DNA of 64,000 nt, taken from contig CAZICK010000008.1 in NCBI GenBank assembly GCA_964537505.1, forward strand, positions 262 through 64,261, written 5' to 3'. The notes beneath the pieces were generated by a model. The model did no database searches and was not told the origin of the DNA. It saw only the letters and a list, made by a program, of their open reading frames with translations. Made by a program: the position numbers and the translations under genes. The stretch is from an uncultured Pirellulales bacterium (GTDB lineage Bacteria > Planctomycetota > Phycisphaerae > Sedimentisphaerales > SM23-30). Below are positions 45,954 through 54,909 of the stretch, piece after piece (position 1 is the first letter of the stretch; every line of letters starts with the position of its first letter).

Positions 45954-46979
45954 ATGACTCAGTCGCAGCCCGACCATTCAATAGTAAATAATTGCCGATC
46001 TCTCTCGGGAATACGCCGGTTTTCACATGAAGCCATGGCCACCACTTATGAAATACTTGTTCTCCACGAGAACATGAAGTACGCCGGGCAAGCCGCCCGG
46101 GCCGCCTTCAATGAGCTTGACCGCATCGAGCAGATGTTCAGTCGCTTTATCGAAAACAGTGATATTTCCCGGATCAATTTCCGTGCCGCCGACCAGCTCG
46201 TGTATGTGGGACCGGAGACCTTCGAATGTCTGCAGATTGCCGTCCAAATGTATGACCAAACCAACGGGGCTTTCGATATTACCATTGGCCCTTTACTGAA
46301 TTGCTGGCATGACAGAAACACATATATGCCTTCGCAGGAAGAGTTGGATTTCGCCGCCGCCCGTACCGGCATGCACCTCTTGCAACTGGACGAAACCGAG
46401 CAGGCGGTGCGACTGCTGACCCAGGGTCCACAGATCGACCTGGGCGGCATCGGCAAAGGATACGCTGTCAACCGAATGGCCATGCTTTTGCGAGAATGGA
46501 GTATTGACGCCGCACTGATTCATGGAGGCTATAGTTCTGTTCTGGCTCTCGACGGCCCGGCCGATACCAAAGGCTGGCCCGTTACACTGAGCAATCCGCG
46601 CAATCACCATGACATCCTGGCTTACCTCCACTTAAAGAACCAAACGCTCGGCAGTTCGGGGCTGCAAAAGGGATTGCACATCATCGATCCGCGAACGGCC
46701 CGCCCGGTCAGCGGAAAAATCGCCGCATGGTCACTGCCCCCCGCCACAGAACTCGCCCCAACTGATGGGGCACAGGCCGATGCCCTTTCAACCGCTTTTA
46801 TGGTAATGTCACTGGACGAAATCGACCGATATTGTTCGTCTGATTTTGGACAGGGATTGCGGGCTATCGTCATACTGGATGAGCAAGACACGCAGACACA
46901 TAGCAATAAGGTCTTGCGATTCGGCACCTGGCCCGAAAGCGACCTGAAACCTCACAACAATAAAAATCACAAAGAATAA
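45954..46979 (+). CDS. apbE: FAD:protein FMN transferase ApbE, with no evident signal peptide
   Basis: The motifs HEAMATTYEI, DLGGIGKGYAV and DALSTAFMV are present. I trimmed the start to the ATG at 45954, 4 nt after the GT-C stop. Confidence 0.8.
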   Translation: MTQSQPDHSIVNNCRSLSGIRRFSHEAMATTYEILVLHENMKYAGQAARAAFNELDRIEQMFSRFIENSDISRINFRAADQLVYVGPETFECLQIAVQMYDQTNGAFDITIGPLLNCWHDRNTYMPSQEELDFAAARTGMHLLQLDETEQAVRLLTQGPQIDLGGIGKGYAVNRMAMLLREWSIDAALIHGGYSSVLALDGPADTKGWPVTLSNPRNHHDILAYLHLKNQTLGSSGLQKGLHIIDPRTARPVSGKIAAWSLPPATELAPTDGAQADALSTAFMVMSLDEIDRYCSSDFGQGLRAIVILDEQDTQTHSNKVLRFGTWPESDLKPHNNKNHKE

Positions 46980-47053
46980 CTGCCCACCCCCTACCGGTTA
47001 CTCTGCCAGCCCACCCAAAACCCGGCCTTCTTAAACCCCGCCAAAAACAACCC

Positions 47054-47082
47054 TTGAGCCGCCCGGCCCTAACCACTATAAT
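47054..47082 (+). promoter_or_regulatory. Sigma70-type promoter upstream of the STAS/kinase pair
   Basis: The sequence reads TTGAGC-N17-TATAAT, leaving a leader of about 145 nt. Confidence 0.5.
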
Positions 47083-47234
47083 GCCGATAACAATGCTGAC
47101 GGAAATTGCGGCCGTTCGCAATATACCCTAATGATAAAATGGGTAGAATTTCGATAAACCTGTATGAAAGACGCCGTTTTGGGCGGTATATTTGAAAAAA
47201 TACGTATCAGAAGGTAGAAAAAGGTAAAAAAACG

Positions 47235-47594
47235 ATGAATTACGGACCAAGAGTTGAGATCAGCCATGAAGGCCGGATTGTCGTGGCTGAACTGCAGGAT
47301 GACGAAATACTGGAAGAAGCGATCATCAACGAAGTAGCAGATTCCCTGTTTTCGGTGGTCGCCGATACCCCACAGATAAAGTTGTTGTTGAGTTTCGAAA
47401 AAGTCAAGTACCTCAGCTCCAGTGCGCTGGGTATGCTCATCAGGTTGAACAAACGCGTAGAAGAGAACGGTGGAACACTAAAGCTCTGTCAGTTGCGAAA
47501 ATCCCTGTATGAGATATTTGCAATAACCAAGCTCGATCGGCTATTTGAAAGCTACGACGAGAAAAACACAGCGATAAGCAGCTTTGGGACCTGA
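47235..47594 (+). CDS. STAS-domain anti-sigma-factor antagonist (SpoIIAA/RsbV-like)
   Basis: The 119-aa product has the phosphorylatable-Ser context YLSSSALGMLI. Confidence 0.8.
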   Translation: MNYGPRVEISHEGRIVVAELQDDEILEEAIINEVADSLFSVVADTPQIKLLLSFEKVKYLSSSALGMLIRLNKRVEENGGTLKLCQLRKSLYEIFAITKLDRLFESYDEKNTAISSFGT

Positions 47595-47627
47595 CCTGTA
47601 AACTGTGAAAAATTTAATCTAAGTTCC

Positions 47628-48059
47628 ATGCCAACCAAAATATACCAGGAAATCGAATTCCCCAGCACTTGCTGGCAAGCCAAAATTGCTGAGGATCGCA
47701 TCATCGAAGCAACCAGAGCTTGCAAATACTCCGAGGAAGATATTTTTGCCCTGCGGTTGAGCATGGAAGAAGCACTGCTCAACGCCATTCGACACGGAAA
47801 TACCAAAGACCAACAAAAAAAAATAACCTTACGCTACTGCGTAAACGAGCAGCAAATAGACATTTACGTAGCAGACGAAGGTTCGGGTTTTGATCCCATG
47901 AAAATTGCGGATCCGACGCTTCCAGAAAATCTGGAACGCCCAAATGGGCGAGGTATAATGTTAATGCGAGCCTACATGAATCTGGTTGAGTATAATGACG
48001 TCGGGAATGTGGTTCACCTGGTCAAGTTGAACTCACAAGCCCCAAAACACACCGGCTGA
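47628..48059 (+). CDS. Anti-sigma regulatory Ser kinase (SpoIIAB/RsbW-like HATPase)
   Basis: The N-box is EEALLNAIRHGN, G1 is DEGSGFD and G2 is GRGIMLM. Confidence 0.8.
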   Translation: MPTKIYQEIEFPSTCWQAKIAEDRIIEATRACKYSEEDIFALRLSMEEALLNAIRHGNTKDQQKKITLRYCVNEQQIDIYVADEGSGFDPMKIADPTLPENLERPNGRGIMLMRAYMNLVEYNDVGNVVHLVKLNSQAPKHTG

Positions 48060-48112
48060 CTCATCGGCAGCCGTTAGCCCAGAGACCAACCTGGGAAGAA
48101 AAGAGAAAGAGT

Positions 48113-48814
48113 ATGCAACGAAAACTCGTCAGAAACGCCACCGGCAGCCTGTGTTTTTCTCTCACGACAATGGCAATGTCGATCCTTATCTTGTCAGGCT
48201 GTCAATCCGGTTTCAACAGCAATCTTCCTCCATCGCAGGTGAGACCCGTCCAGTGGCCAGGCGTAACCGTACCAAAATATACTCCCCATTCTGCTCAGCC
48301 GGATTTCACGCCGAACAGTCAATTCCCCTACCAATGGCTCCCGATGCGCAACTACGAGGATTTTAATCGTTGGAAAGGAATCATAATTCATCATTCAGCC
48401 GGCGATTTCGGGGACGCGGCGACATTTGACCGGGAGCACAAAGAGAAGGGCTGGGACGGCTTGGGATACCATTTCGTCATCAACAACGGCAAAAACACAC
48501 GTCGCATAGGAGATGGTGTGGTACAAGTCGGCCAGCGATGGCAACAGCAAACCAAAGGCGCTCACTGCCGGGTCGATCCTTCCGACAATAACTACTGGAA
48601 CGAACATACCATCGGTATATGTCTGGTTGGCAATTTTGAAAATCACCGGCCCAGCGAGGCCCAGTGGCAATCGCTGGTAAAACTGGTCCGCTTTCTTCTG
48701 CAGCGATATCACATACCTGTTGACAAAATTAAATGTCACCGAGACATAAAACCAACCAAATGCCCCGGAAAAAACTTCTCACTGAACGAACTAAAACAGC
48801 GAATGCTATATTGA
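48113..48814 (+). CDS. N-acetylmuramoyl-L-alanine amidase (Amidase_2/AmpD-PGRP fold) lipoprotein
   Basis: The lipobox is ILSGC. The motifs IIIHHSAG, GYHFVI and the C-terminal KCPG are present. Confidence 0.75.
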   Translation: MQRKLVRNATGSLCFSLTTMAMSILILSGCQSGFNSNLPPSQVRPVQWPGVTVPKYTPHSAQPDFTPNSQFPYQWLPMRNYEDFNRWKGIIIHHSAGDFGDAATFDREHKEKGWDGLGYHFVINNGKNTRRIGDGVVQVGQRWQQQTKGAHCRVDPSDNNYWNEHTIGICLVGNFENHRPSEAQWQSLVKLVRFLLQRYHIPVDKIKCHRDIKPTKCPGKNFSLNELKQRMLY

Positions 48815-48815
48815 T

Positions 48816-50867
48816 TCAGTCGGATAAGCCCTCGCTTTTTATCTTTATATTCCGATACCACACCGCCTGACCATGATCCTGAAATCCGATATACCCCATC
48901 CGCGGCAGATCCTTATAGGCAATACCAAACTTATTTGGCGTACCGTCCGGATTTTTATGCGGCTCGGTCCACCTGTCCAGGTCCATATCGACGACCTCCC
49001 GGCCGTTCATCACCACGCTGACATGGCTACCTTGGGCCGATATCGTCATGCGGTTCCATTGCCCCGGCTCGTTCACCGTGTTCTCGCTAGGAGCCAAAAT
49101 ATCGAATATCCCGCCGCAATCGTGTTTGTCCGGCTGGGACTTACCGTAAGAGTCCAGCACCTGCACCTCGATCCACGGCAGCCACTCCCTGTCGCCGGTG
49201 CGGATGAAAATCCCGCTGTTGGTGTCCTTGGCAACCTTAAATCCCACATCTAAAATAAAATCGCCGTATTTGCCTTTCGTCCAGATGTCACCTCCACCGT
49301 TACGGGTCAACACACCTTCAGCAAACGTCCAGCTACCCGCCTTATACACACCGTTCGACAGGTCCTCGGCAAACAGATTCCGCCAGCCACTGGGCTTTAG
49401 CTTGCCTGCTGTCTCGCTGAAGTACACTACGCTTTTTCTTATTTCGGGAACCGAATTTTCCCAGTTATGTTCGTACTCAACCGAAAACACGCCCATAAAC
49501 TTTTGTCGGTGCAATTCCTCCAGTAGCGACTTTACGTTCGCCTTGCCCGTGCCCCAAACCACATCGTGTGTCCCCTCACTGCCGAAATCGTTCAGGTCCT
49601 TAAAGTGCAAACTGACTATACGCCCTTCGAGCTTCCTTAATGCTTCCAGCGGATCCACATCTGAACGCATCCAATGACCGGTATCGGCGCATACGCCAAT
49701 CCATTTGCTCCGCCCCTTGCAAACCTCCAGCACTTTATCCGGATTCCAGTACTGCGACGGCTTGGGATGGTTATGTATCGCCACCTTGATCTTGTATTCA
49801 TTGCATAGCTTGTCAACCAGGTCGAACGCATCCTCCGGCGGTTCCGATACAATCGTTTCAATGCCCATATCCTGGGCAAAATCAAAAACCTTGCGGCATT
49901 CAACCTCATTGTTCGGCAGTCCTACCACACCGTAATTGACCAATTTTACCCCGGCATTGCTGAGCTTGTGCTTGACCTGTTGGCGAAGCTCGGCCGGCAT
50001 ATTATGATCGAATCTTACGCCAGGGATTTCTTTGCTCAACTGCTGACCCGGATACCCTTCGATCCAGTTTAACCCCAGCGAGGCGGTCTTATCGACCGCT
50101 TCATAAAATGTGAACAAATGAAACGAATACGCCTGCGCCCCCAGCCGCCAGCCGTCATAAGCATCCGTCAGCGGATGACAATTTCGCACCTCCGGGAAAA
50201 TCTCGTGCACGAAAATATTGCGAAAGCGGGCAGCGTTGTTGTCATAGCCCTCACCACCAGGGTGAACTTGTAAAGACAATCTCCCTTCCGCCGGTATTCC
50301 CTTTGTAGTCTCGGCCGTGTGCTGAAAATCGGTAACGAGCGCATCGTTGATCCAGACACGAATATGGGCGGGCTCACCCTGACAGATAATTCTCATCCGG
50401 TTCCACTGATCCTTCCGGAAATGTTTAACGCCGTCTGGACAATGCTGAACAAAACCACGCGTCCACGGACAATAAATTCCGCCAACCTCGCCGCCGGATC
50501 GATAATCCAGGGTTACCTGATGGCTCTTGCCGTCCGGACCGGTACGAAGAAAAACACCACTATCGAAAGGCCAATCGATTTTTGTCTCCAGCGTAAGCTC
50601 AAAATCCCGGAAATTACGTAGCGTGCTGAGAAAACCGCCCTTACCGGGCGGGTCTTGAACTCCAACAATCGCTCCATCTTCCACGGTCCACTTGCCCGCC
50701 AGGCCATGGCCAGGCAGATTATCATGCCTTGCCCAACCGCTAAGGTCCACGCCGTTGAACAACGGCTCGAAACCCGCAGGCGTCTGACCTTCACAAATTA
50801 AGCAGAAGCTGAAGAACACAACCGTCAACACTAATAACGTAATCGGCACGAATTCTCGTCGATTCAT
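48816..50867 (-). CDS. Secreted triple-domain protein: DUF1080 / xylose-isomerase-like TIM barrel / DUF1080
   Basis: A GGGAGG SD sits 6 nt before the ATG at 50867, followed by a signal peptide. DUF1080 hallmarks are FNGVDLSGW...FRNIFV and GWRNLFAEDLS...WYRNIKIK. The central region reads VAIHNHP...LHFKD...EYEH. Confidence 0.75.
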   Translation of the reverse strand: MNRREFVPITLLVLTVVFFSFCLICEGQTPAGFEPLFNGVDLSGWARHDNLPGHGLAGKWTVEDGAIVGVQDPPGKGGFLSTLRNFRDFELTLETKIDWPFDSGVFLRTGPDGKSHQVTLDYRSGGEVGGIYCPWTRGFVQHCPDGVKHFRKDQWNRMRIICQGEPAHIRVWINDALVTDFQHTAETTKGIPAEGRLSLQVHPGGEGYDNNAARFRNIFVHEIFPEVRNCHPLTDAYDGWRLGAQAYSFHLFTFYEAVDKTASLGLNWIEGYPGQQLSKEIPGVRFDHNMPAELRQQVKHKLSNAGVKLVNYGVVGLPNNEVECRKVFDFAQDMGIETIVSEPPEDAFDLVDKLCNEYKIKVAIHNHPKPSQYWNPDKVLEVCKGRSKWIGVCADTGHWMRSDVDPLEALRKLEGRIVSLHFKDLNDFGSEGTHDVVWGTGKANVKSLLEELHRQKFMGVFSVEYEHNWENSVPEIRKSVVYFSETAGKLKPSGWRNLFAEDLSNGVYKAGSWTFAEGVLTRNGGGDIWTKGKYGDFILDVGFKVAKDTNSGIFIRTGDREWLPWIEVQVLDSYGKSQPDKHDCGGIFDILAPSENTVNEPGQWNRMTISAQGSHVSVVMNGREVVDMDLDRWTEPHKNPDGTPNKFGIAYKDLPRMGYIGFQDHGQAVWYRNIKIKSEGLSD

Positions 50868-50899
50868 CTTATACCTCCCGGGTAAGCGGCAAACGAAAA

Positions 50900-52273
50900 C
50901 TACAGGGACCATCCCTGACGATATTGATCGCGAACGTATTGATTCGCTTCATCCACATTGGTAACCTTCATGTTCAGACCATCCCAATCGAGCTTCTTAC
51001 CCTTGCAGCGGATGGCAAGATTGCCCATTACAACTGTCTCGGTCAAAGGACCGGAATAATCAAAACTGGAACTGGGCTGCCTGCCTTCTTTGCAGCACCT
51101 GATCCAATCCCGTTCATGACCGCCCTCAGAGCCATCGACTCTGGCGATCGTTTTCTCCGGTCGCTGATATTCCTGCATCTTCGTCTCAGGTATCAGCCGC
51201 GGACCACTGCCGTAACAGCCACACACCAATTTACCCTTATCGCCCACAAAAAGTACGCCACCATCATTATCACCCATGCGCCGGTTCGGTTCGAGTTCTT
51301 CCGGCCGGGCAGGCATCATGCCACCATCGTACCAGGTCAGCTTAACCGGCGGCATATCACCCCGCTCGGGAAACTCATATCGCACTATCGACGCCACGGG
51401 CGCGGATTCGGAGTTGACCTTGGTGGCACAAGCCTCCACACCACTCGGATAACCGAGCTTAAGGGCCCAGAACGCCGGATCGATTATATGGCACGCCATA
51501 TCACCAAGTGCCCCAGTACCGAAATCCCACCAGCCACGCCAATTAAATGGCAAATACACCGTATTATATGGCCGTTCCGGTGCTGGTCCAAGCCACAAAT
51601 CCCAATCCAGGGTATCCGGCACCGCCGGCGTATCCTCAGGACGATCCATTCCCTGCGGCCAGATCGGACGATTGGTCCAGGCATGAACTTCACGTACCGC
51701 ACCGATCGCACCATCCCATATCCACTCACATACCAGGCGAATCCCCTCGCCGGAATGCCCCTGATTGCCCATTTGGGTAACGACCCCGGCTTTGCGGGCC
51801 GCCTCGGTCAACATACGAGCCTCATAAACGCAATGCGTCAAAGGTTTTTGACAATATACGCTTTTGCCGCTCTTGATCGCCGCCATAGAAATAACAGCAT
51901 GAGTATGATCGGGCGTAGCCACGATAACCGCGTCGATATCTTTCTGCTGATCGAGCATTTTGCGGTAATCGCGGTATGTCTTAGCCTTGGGATATCGCTT
52001 AAATGTTCCAGCCGCGTAATTGTCGTCCACATCACACAGGGCGACAATATTCTCACCGCTGGCGGCATTGACGTTATTCCCGCCCATACCACCGACACCG
52101 ATACCGGCTATATTGAGCTTTTCGCTTGGTGGAGTATCACCATTACGTCCCAGCACATAGCTGGGAACTATGGTAAACGCGGCCACCGCCGCAGCCGAGC
52201 CACCAACAAAATCACGCCGCGAAATCTTCACATCCCGGCTGGACAATATCCTGTTTTTCCTGTGATCCGCCAT
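50900..52273 (-). CDS. Gfo/Idh/MocA-family oxidoreductase with a twin-arginine signal
   Basis: An AAGGAG SD precedes the ATG at 52273. The TAT motif is SRRDFVGGSAAAVAAF and the Rossmann motif is IAGIGVGGMGG. Confidence 0.8.
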   Translation of the reverse strand: MADHRKNRILSSRDVKISRRDFVGGSAAAVAAFTIVPSYVLGRNGDTPPSEKLNIAGIGVGGMGGNNVNAASGENIVALCDVDDNYAAGTFKRYPKAKTYRDYRKMLDQQKDIDAVIVATPDHTHAVISMAAIKSGKSVYCQKPLTHCVYEARMLTEAARKAGVVTQMGNQGHSGEGIRLVCEWIWDGAIGAVREVHAWTNRPIWPQGMDRPEDTPAVPDTLDWDLWLGPAPERPYNTVYLPFNWRGWWDFGTGALGDMACHIIDPAFWALKLGYPSGVEACATKVNSESAPVASIVRYEFPERGDMPPVKLTWYDGGMMPARPEELEPNRRMGDNDGGVLFVGDKGKLVCGCYGSGPRLIPETKMQEYQRPEKTIARVDGSEGGHERDWIRCCKEGRQPSSSFDYSGPLTETVVMGNLAIRCKGKKLDWDGLNMKVTNVDEANQYVRDQYRQGWSL

Positions 52274-52479
52274 CTTTAAACACTCCTTATGTACCAATCG
52301 CCTGTGAATTTGCAATGCTGGTTTTTCGTAAATCCCTTAATTCCAAGGTAATATAAAGATCGCTACCTTGATTTTCTACACCCGTCTGGTATAAACAAGG
52401 ACATCTACGAAAAAACACACCAGCATCATAGTATTAACAAATATTGCGAATACGTCAAGCCTGCCACCGATCATTTCTT

Positions 52480-53919
52480 TTAGACCTTCAACTCGGCATC
52501 AGCCAGGTCGGCATATTTGCGGAACCTGCGTTTTATGGGGGTAACAATCTCACGGAGAAATTGGTCAACCTGTTGAGGTGCTCGGCCGATGTATTTTTCG
52601 GCCTTGAGGGTATCCTCGAAATTGACACGTGCGAAAAGAGGATCACCACGTAAACGTTCTATGAGATCGTTAGGTCGGCCAAACTGTTTGACCTGTGCGG
52701 CAGCGGCAAGGCTGTGCTGACGAATGGCTTCGTGCAACTGCTGACGGTCGCCGCCGAGTTTGACGGCGGCCATGATGATATTTTCGCTGGCCATAAAAGG
52801 CAGTTCCGCATCGATAGCGGCGGCGATTACCCTGGGATAAACCACTAAGCCGTCAACTACGTTGGCCACAATACATAAAATGGCGTCAACGGCCAGAAAC
52901 GCTTCGGCAACGACCAATCGCTTGTTAGCGGAATCGTCGAGCGTCCTTTCGAACCACTGTTCGGCCGCGGTCATGGCCGGTGAAGAAGACAGACTGATAA
53001 CGTAACGTGCTAGGGAAGCAATGCGTTCGCTGCGCATCGGATTGCGTTTGTAGGCCATGGCTGAGGAGCCGATTTGCTTCTTCTCAAACGGTTCTTCCAT
53101 CTGTTTAAGGTGGGCCAGCAGACGCAGATCGTTGCTGATCTTGTGGGCCGACTGGGCAACGCCGGACAAAGTTGAAAGCACATTGGCATCGATCTTACGG
53201 TTGTAGGTCTGGCCGCTAACCGGGGCTATTTTCTCGAAACCCATCTTGTCAGCAACTAGTTTTTCCAGCTTGAGCACTTTGTTATGATTGCCGCCGAACA
53301 GTTCCAAAAACGAAGCCTGAGTGCCGGTGGTGCCTTTTACCGAAAGAAAACACATCGTTTCGATCCGGTGCTGCGTTTCCTCAAGGTCGAGAATGAAATC
53401 ATAGCACCATAAGGTGGCACGTTTTCCAACAGTGGTAAGCTGAGCCGGTTGGAAATGCGTATAGCCCAACGTCGGTAGTTTTCGATGGCCCCGGGCGAAG
53501 CGGGCCAGCAGGTCTATCACACGCAGCAATCGGGATCGAACCAGTTCCAGTGCCTGGCGAATCTGAATCAAATCGGTATTGTCACCGACAAAAGCGCTGG
53601 TGGCGCCCAGGTGGATAATGGGCCGGGCCAGGGGTGCGGCATCGGCAAATGTGTGCACGTGAGCCATGACATCGTGACGAAACTTTTTTTCGTAACGGGC
53701 AGCGCGGGCAAAGTCGATATCGTCAAGGTGTCGGCTCATCTGGCTCAACTGGCGGGAGGTTATCGGCAGTCCCAATTCGGCCTGACTCTGGGCCAGGGTC
53801 AGCCACAGACGCCGCCAGGTACTAAACTTGAACTGGGCCGAAAAAATGGACAACATCTCGTCCGAACTGTAACGGCTGATCAGTGGATTCTCATATTTCT
53901 GGTTGGTTTTGTTCTTCAT
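52480..53919 (-). CDS. purB: Adenylosuccinate lyase
   Basis: The N-terminus contains [10 protein letters not shown]. The fumarate-lyase signature [15 protein letters not shown] is present. I trimmed the start to 53919. Confidence 0.9.
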   Translation of the reverse strand: MKNKTNQKYENPLISRYSSDEMLSIFSAQFKFSTWRRLWLTLAQSQAELGLPITSRQLSQMSRHLDDIDFARAARYEKKFRHDVMAHVHTFADAAPLARPIIHLGATSAFVGDNTDLIQIRQALELVRSRLLRVIDLLARFARGHRKLPTLGYTHFQPAQLTTVGKRATLWCYDFILDLEETQHRIETMCFLSVKGTTGTQASFLELFGGNHNKVLKLEKLVADKMGFEKIAPVSGQTYNRKIDANVLSTLSGVAQSAHKISNDLRLLAHLKQMEEPFEKKQIGSSAMAYKRNPMRSERIASLARYVISLSSSPAMTAAEQWFERTLDDSANKRLVVAEAFLAVDAILCIVANVVDGLVVYPRVIAAAIDAELPFMASENIIMAAVKLGGDRQQLHEAIRQHSLAAAAQVKQFGRPNDLIERLRGDPLFARVNFEDTLKAEKYIGRAPQQVDQFLREIVTPIKRRFRKYADLADAELKV

Positions 53920-54130
53920 AGCGGCAGTGTAACCAACAGCAGCACCGCAGTCAATAATGAGTCTGACAAATTGGATCATATATAGGTGCAGGATCGCCCG
54001 AGGCTTTGACATGGACAAAAAGACCGATAATTCACAATTGGGCGTGCCAATCAGCACTTGACATTTGCAAATAAATATGGAAGAATAGCGGCTGTAATGT
54101 CATCGCCAAAAGTCCTATAAGGTATTTTGT

Positions 54131-54796
54131 ATGAAAAACCCGAAAAACTCTTATTCCGATGGAACCAGCCGGTACGCCGAACGTCAAACAGATAGAGTCT
54201 CTCAGAACATCTGCGATGGCGGCAGCGAAGACGATGTGATTATAAAACGATGCCGGACAGGCAATATGGTTGCCTTCGAACAATTGGTACTGAAGTATCA
54301 GGATCGTTTGTTCAACGCGGTTTTTCGGATGGTGGGCGACTATGATGACGCTATGGAGCTGACTCAGGAAACCTTTTATCGGGCTATGAAAGGGCTGAAA
54401 AAGTTTCGTGGAAACGCTGGCTTCTACACATGGCTGTTCCGAATAGGGATGAATTTGTGCATCAATCATCACCGGCGCCATCAGAGAGTACGCATCATAT
54501 CTCTGGCCGGTGATGATCAGTTAGGGCATCAGGCTGACGCTCTGACGGTAATGGCAAAGGCAAATGATAGTTCGCCCGTGTATCAAGCTCAGGTTAGGGA
54601 AAGCCATGGGCGGGTATTGGCGGCCCTGGAAGAGTTGGAAGCCTCGGCCAGGGTGGTAGTGGTTTTGCGAGACATCGAAGAATTAGATTATGCTCAAATC
54701 GCCAATATCCTGCAGGTACCTACAGGTACTGTCAAAAGTCGTTTGTCGCGGGCACGTGCTGCGTTGCGAAGGCAACTGCTGAAAGGCCAATGTTGA
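54131..54796 (+). CDS. ECF-type RNA polymerase sigma factor
   Basis: Region 2 reads FEQLVLKYQDRLFNAVFRMVGDYDDAMELTQETFYRA. Region 4 reads ELDYAQIANILQVPTGTVKSRLSRAR. Confidence 0.85.
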   Translation: MKNPKNSYSDGTSRYAERQTDRVSQNICDGGSEDDVIIKRCRTGNMVAFEQLVLKYQDRLFNAVFRMVGDYDDAMELTQETFYRAMKGLKKFRGNAGFYTWLFRIGMNLCINHHRRHQRVRIISLAGDDQLGHQADALTVMAKANDSSPVYQAQVRESHGRVLAALEELEASARVVVVLRDIEELDYAQIANILQVPTGTVKSRLSRARAALRRQLLKGQC

Positions 54797-54909
54797 ATAA
54801 GGCGACAGGCACGAGGTGGTAGTAGTAATAGTAGTAGTAAGCAGTACGGTCAATTTGAGAAACTTGATTAAGTCTAAAATAATGCGATTATTAACCTGAT
54901 TGGAAGGCT

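Noticed and set aside
50924-52279. A 451-aa plus-strand ORF antisense to the Gfo/Idh/MocA gene
   Set aside because: Its translation is Arg/His/Ile-rich nonsense with no motifs. The minus-strand frame has the TAT signal, the Rossmann motif and an SD. It is a typical stop-free antisense frame.
54818-54840. An imperfect (GTA)n microsatellite, GGTAGTAGTAATAGTAGTAGTAA, between the ECF sigma and anti-sigma genes
   Set aside because: It has only about 7 imperfect units, is noncoding and has no obvious regulatory context.
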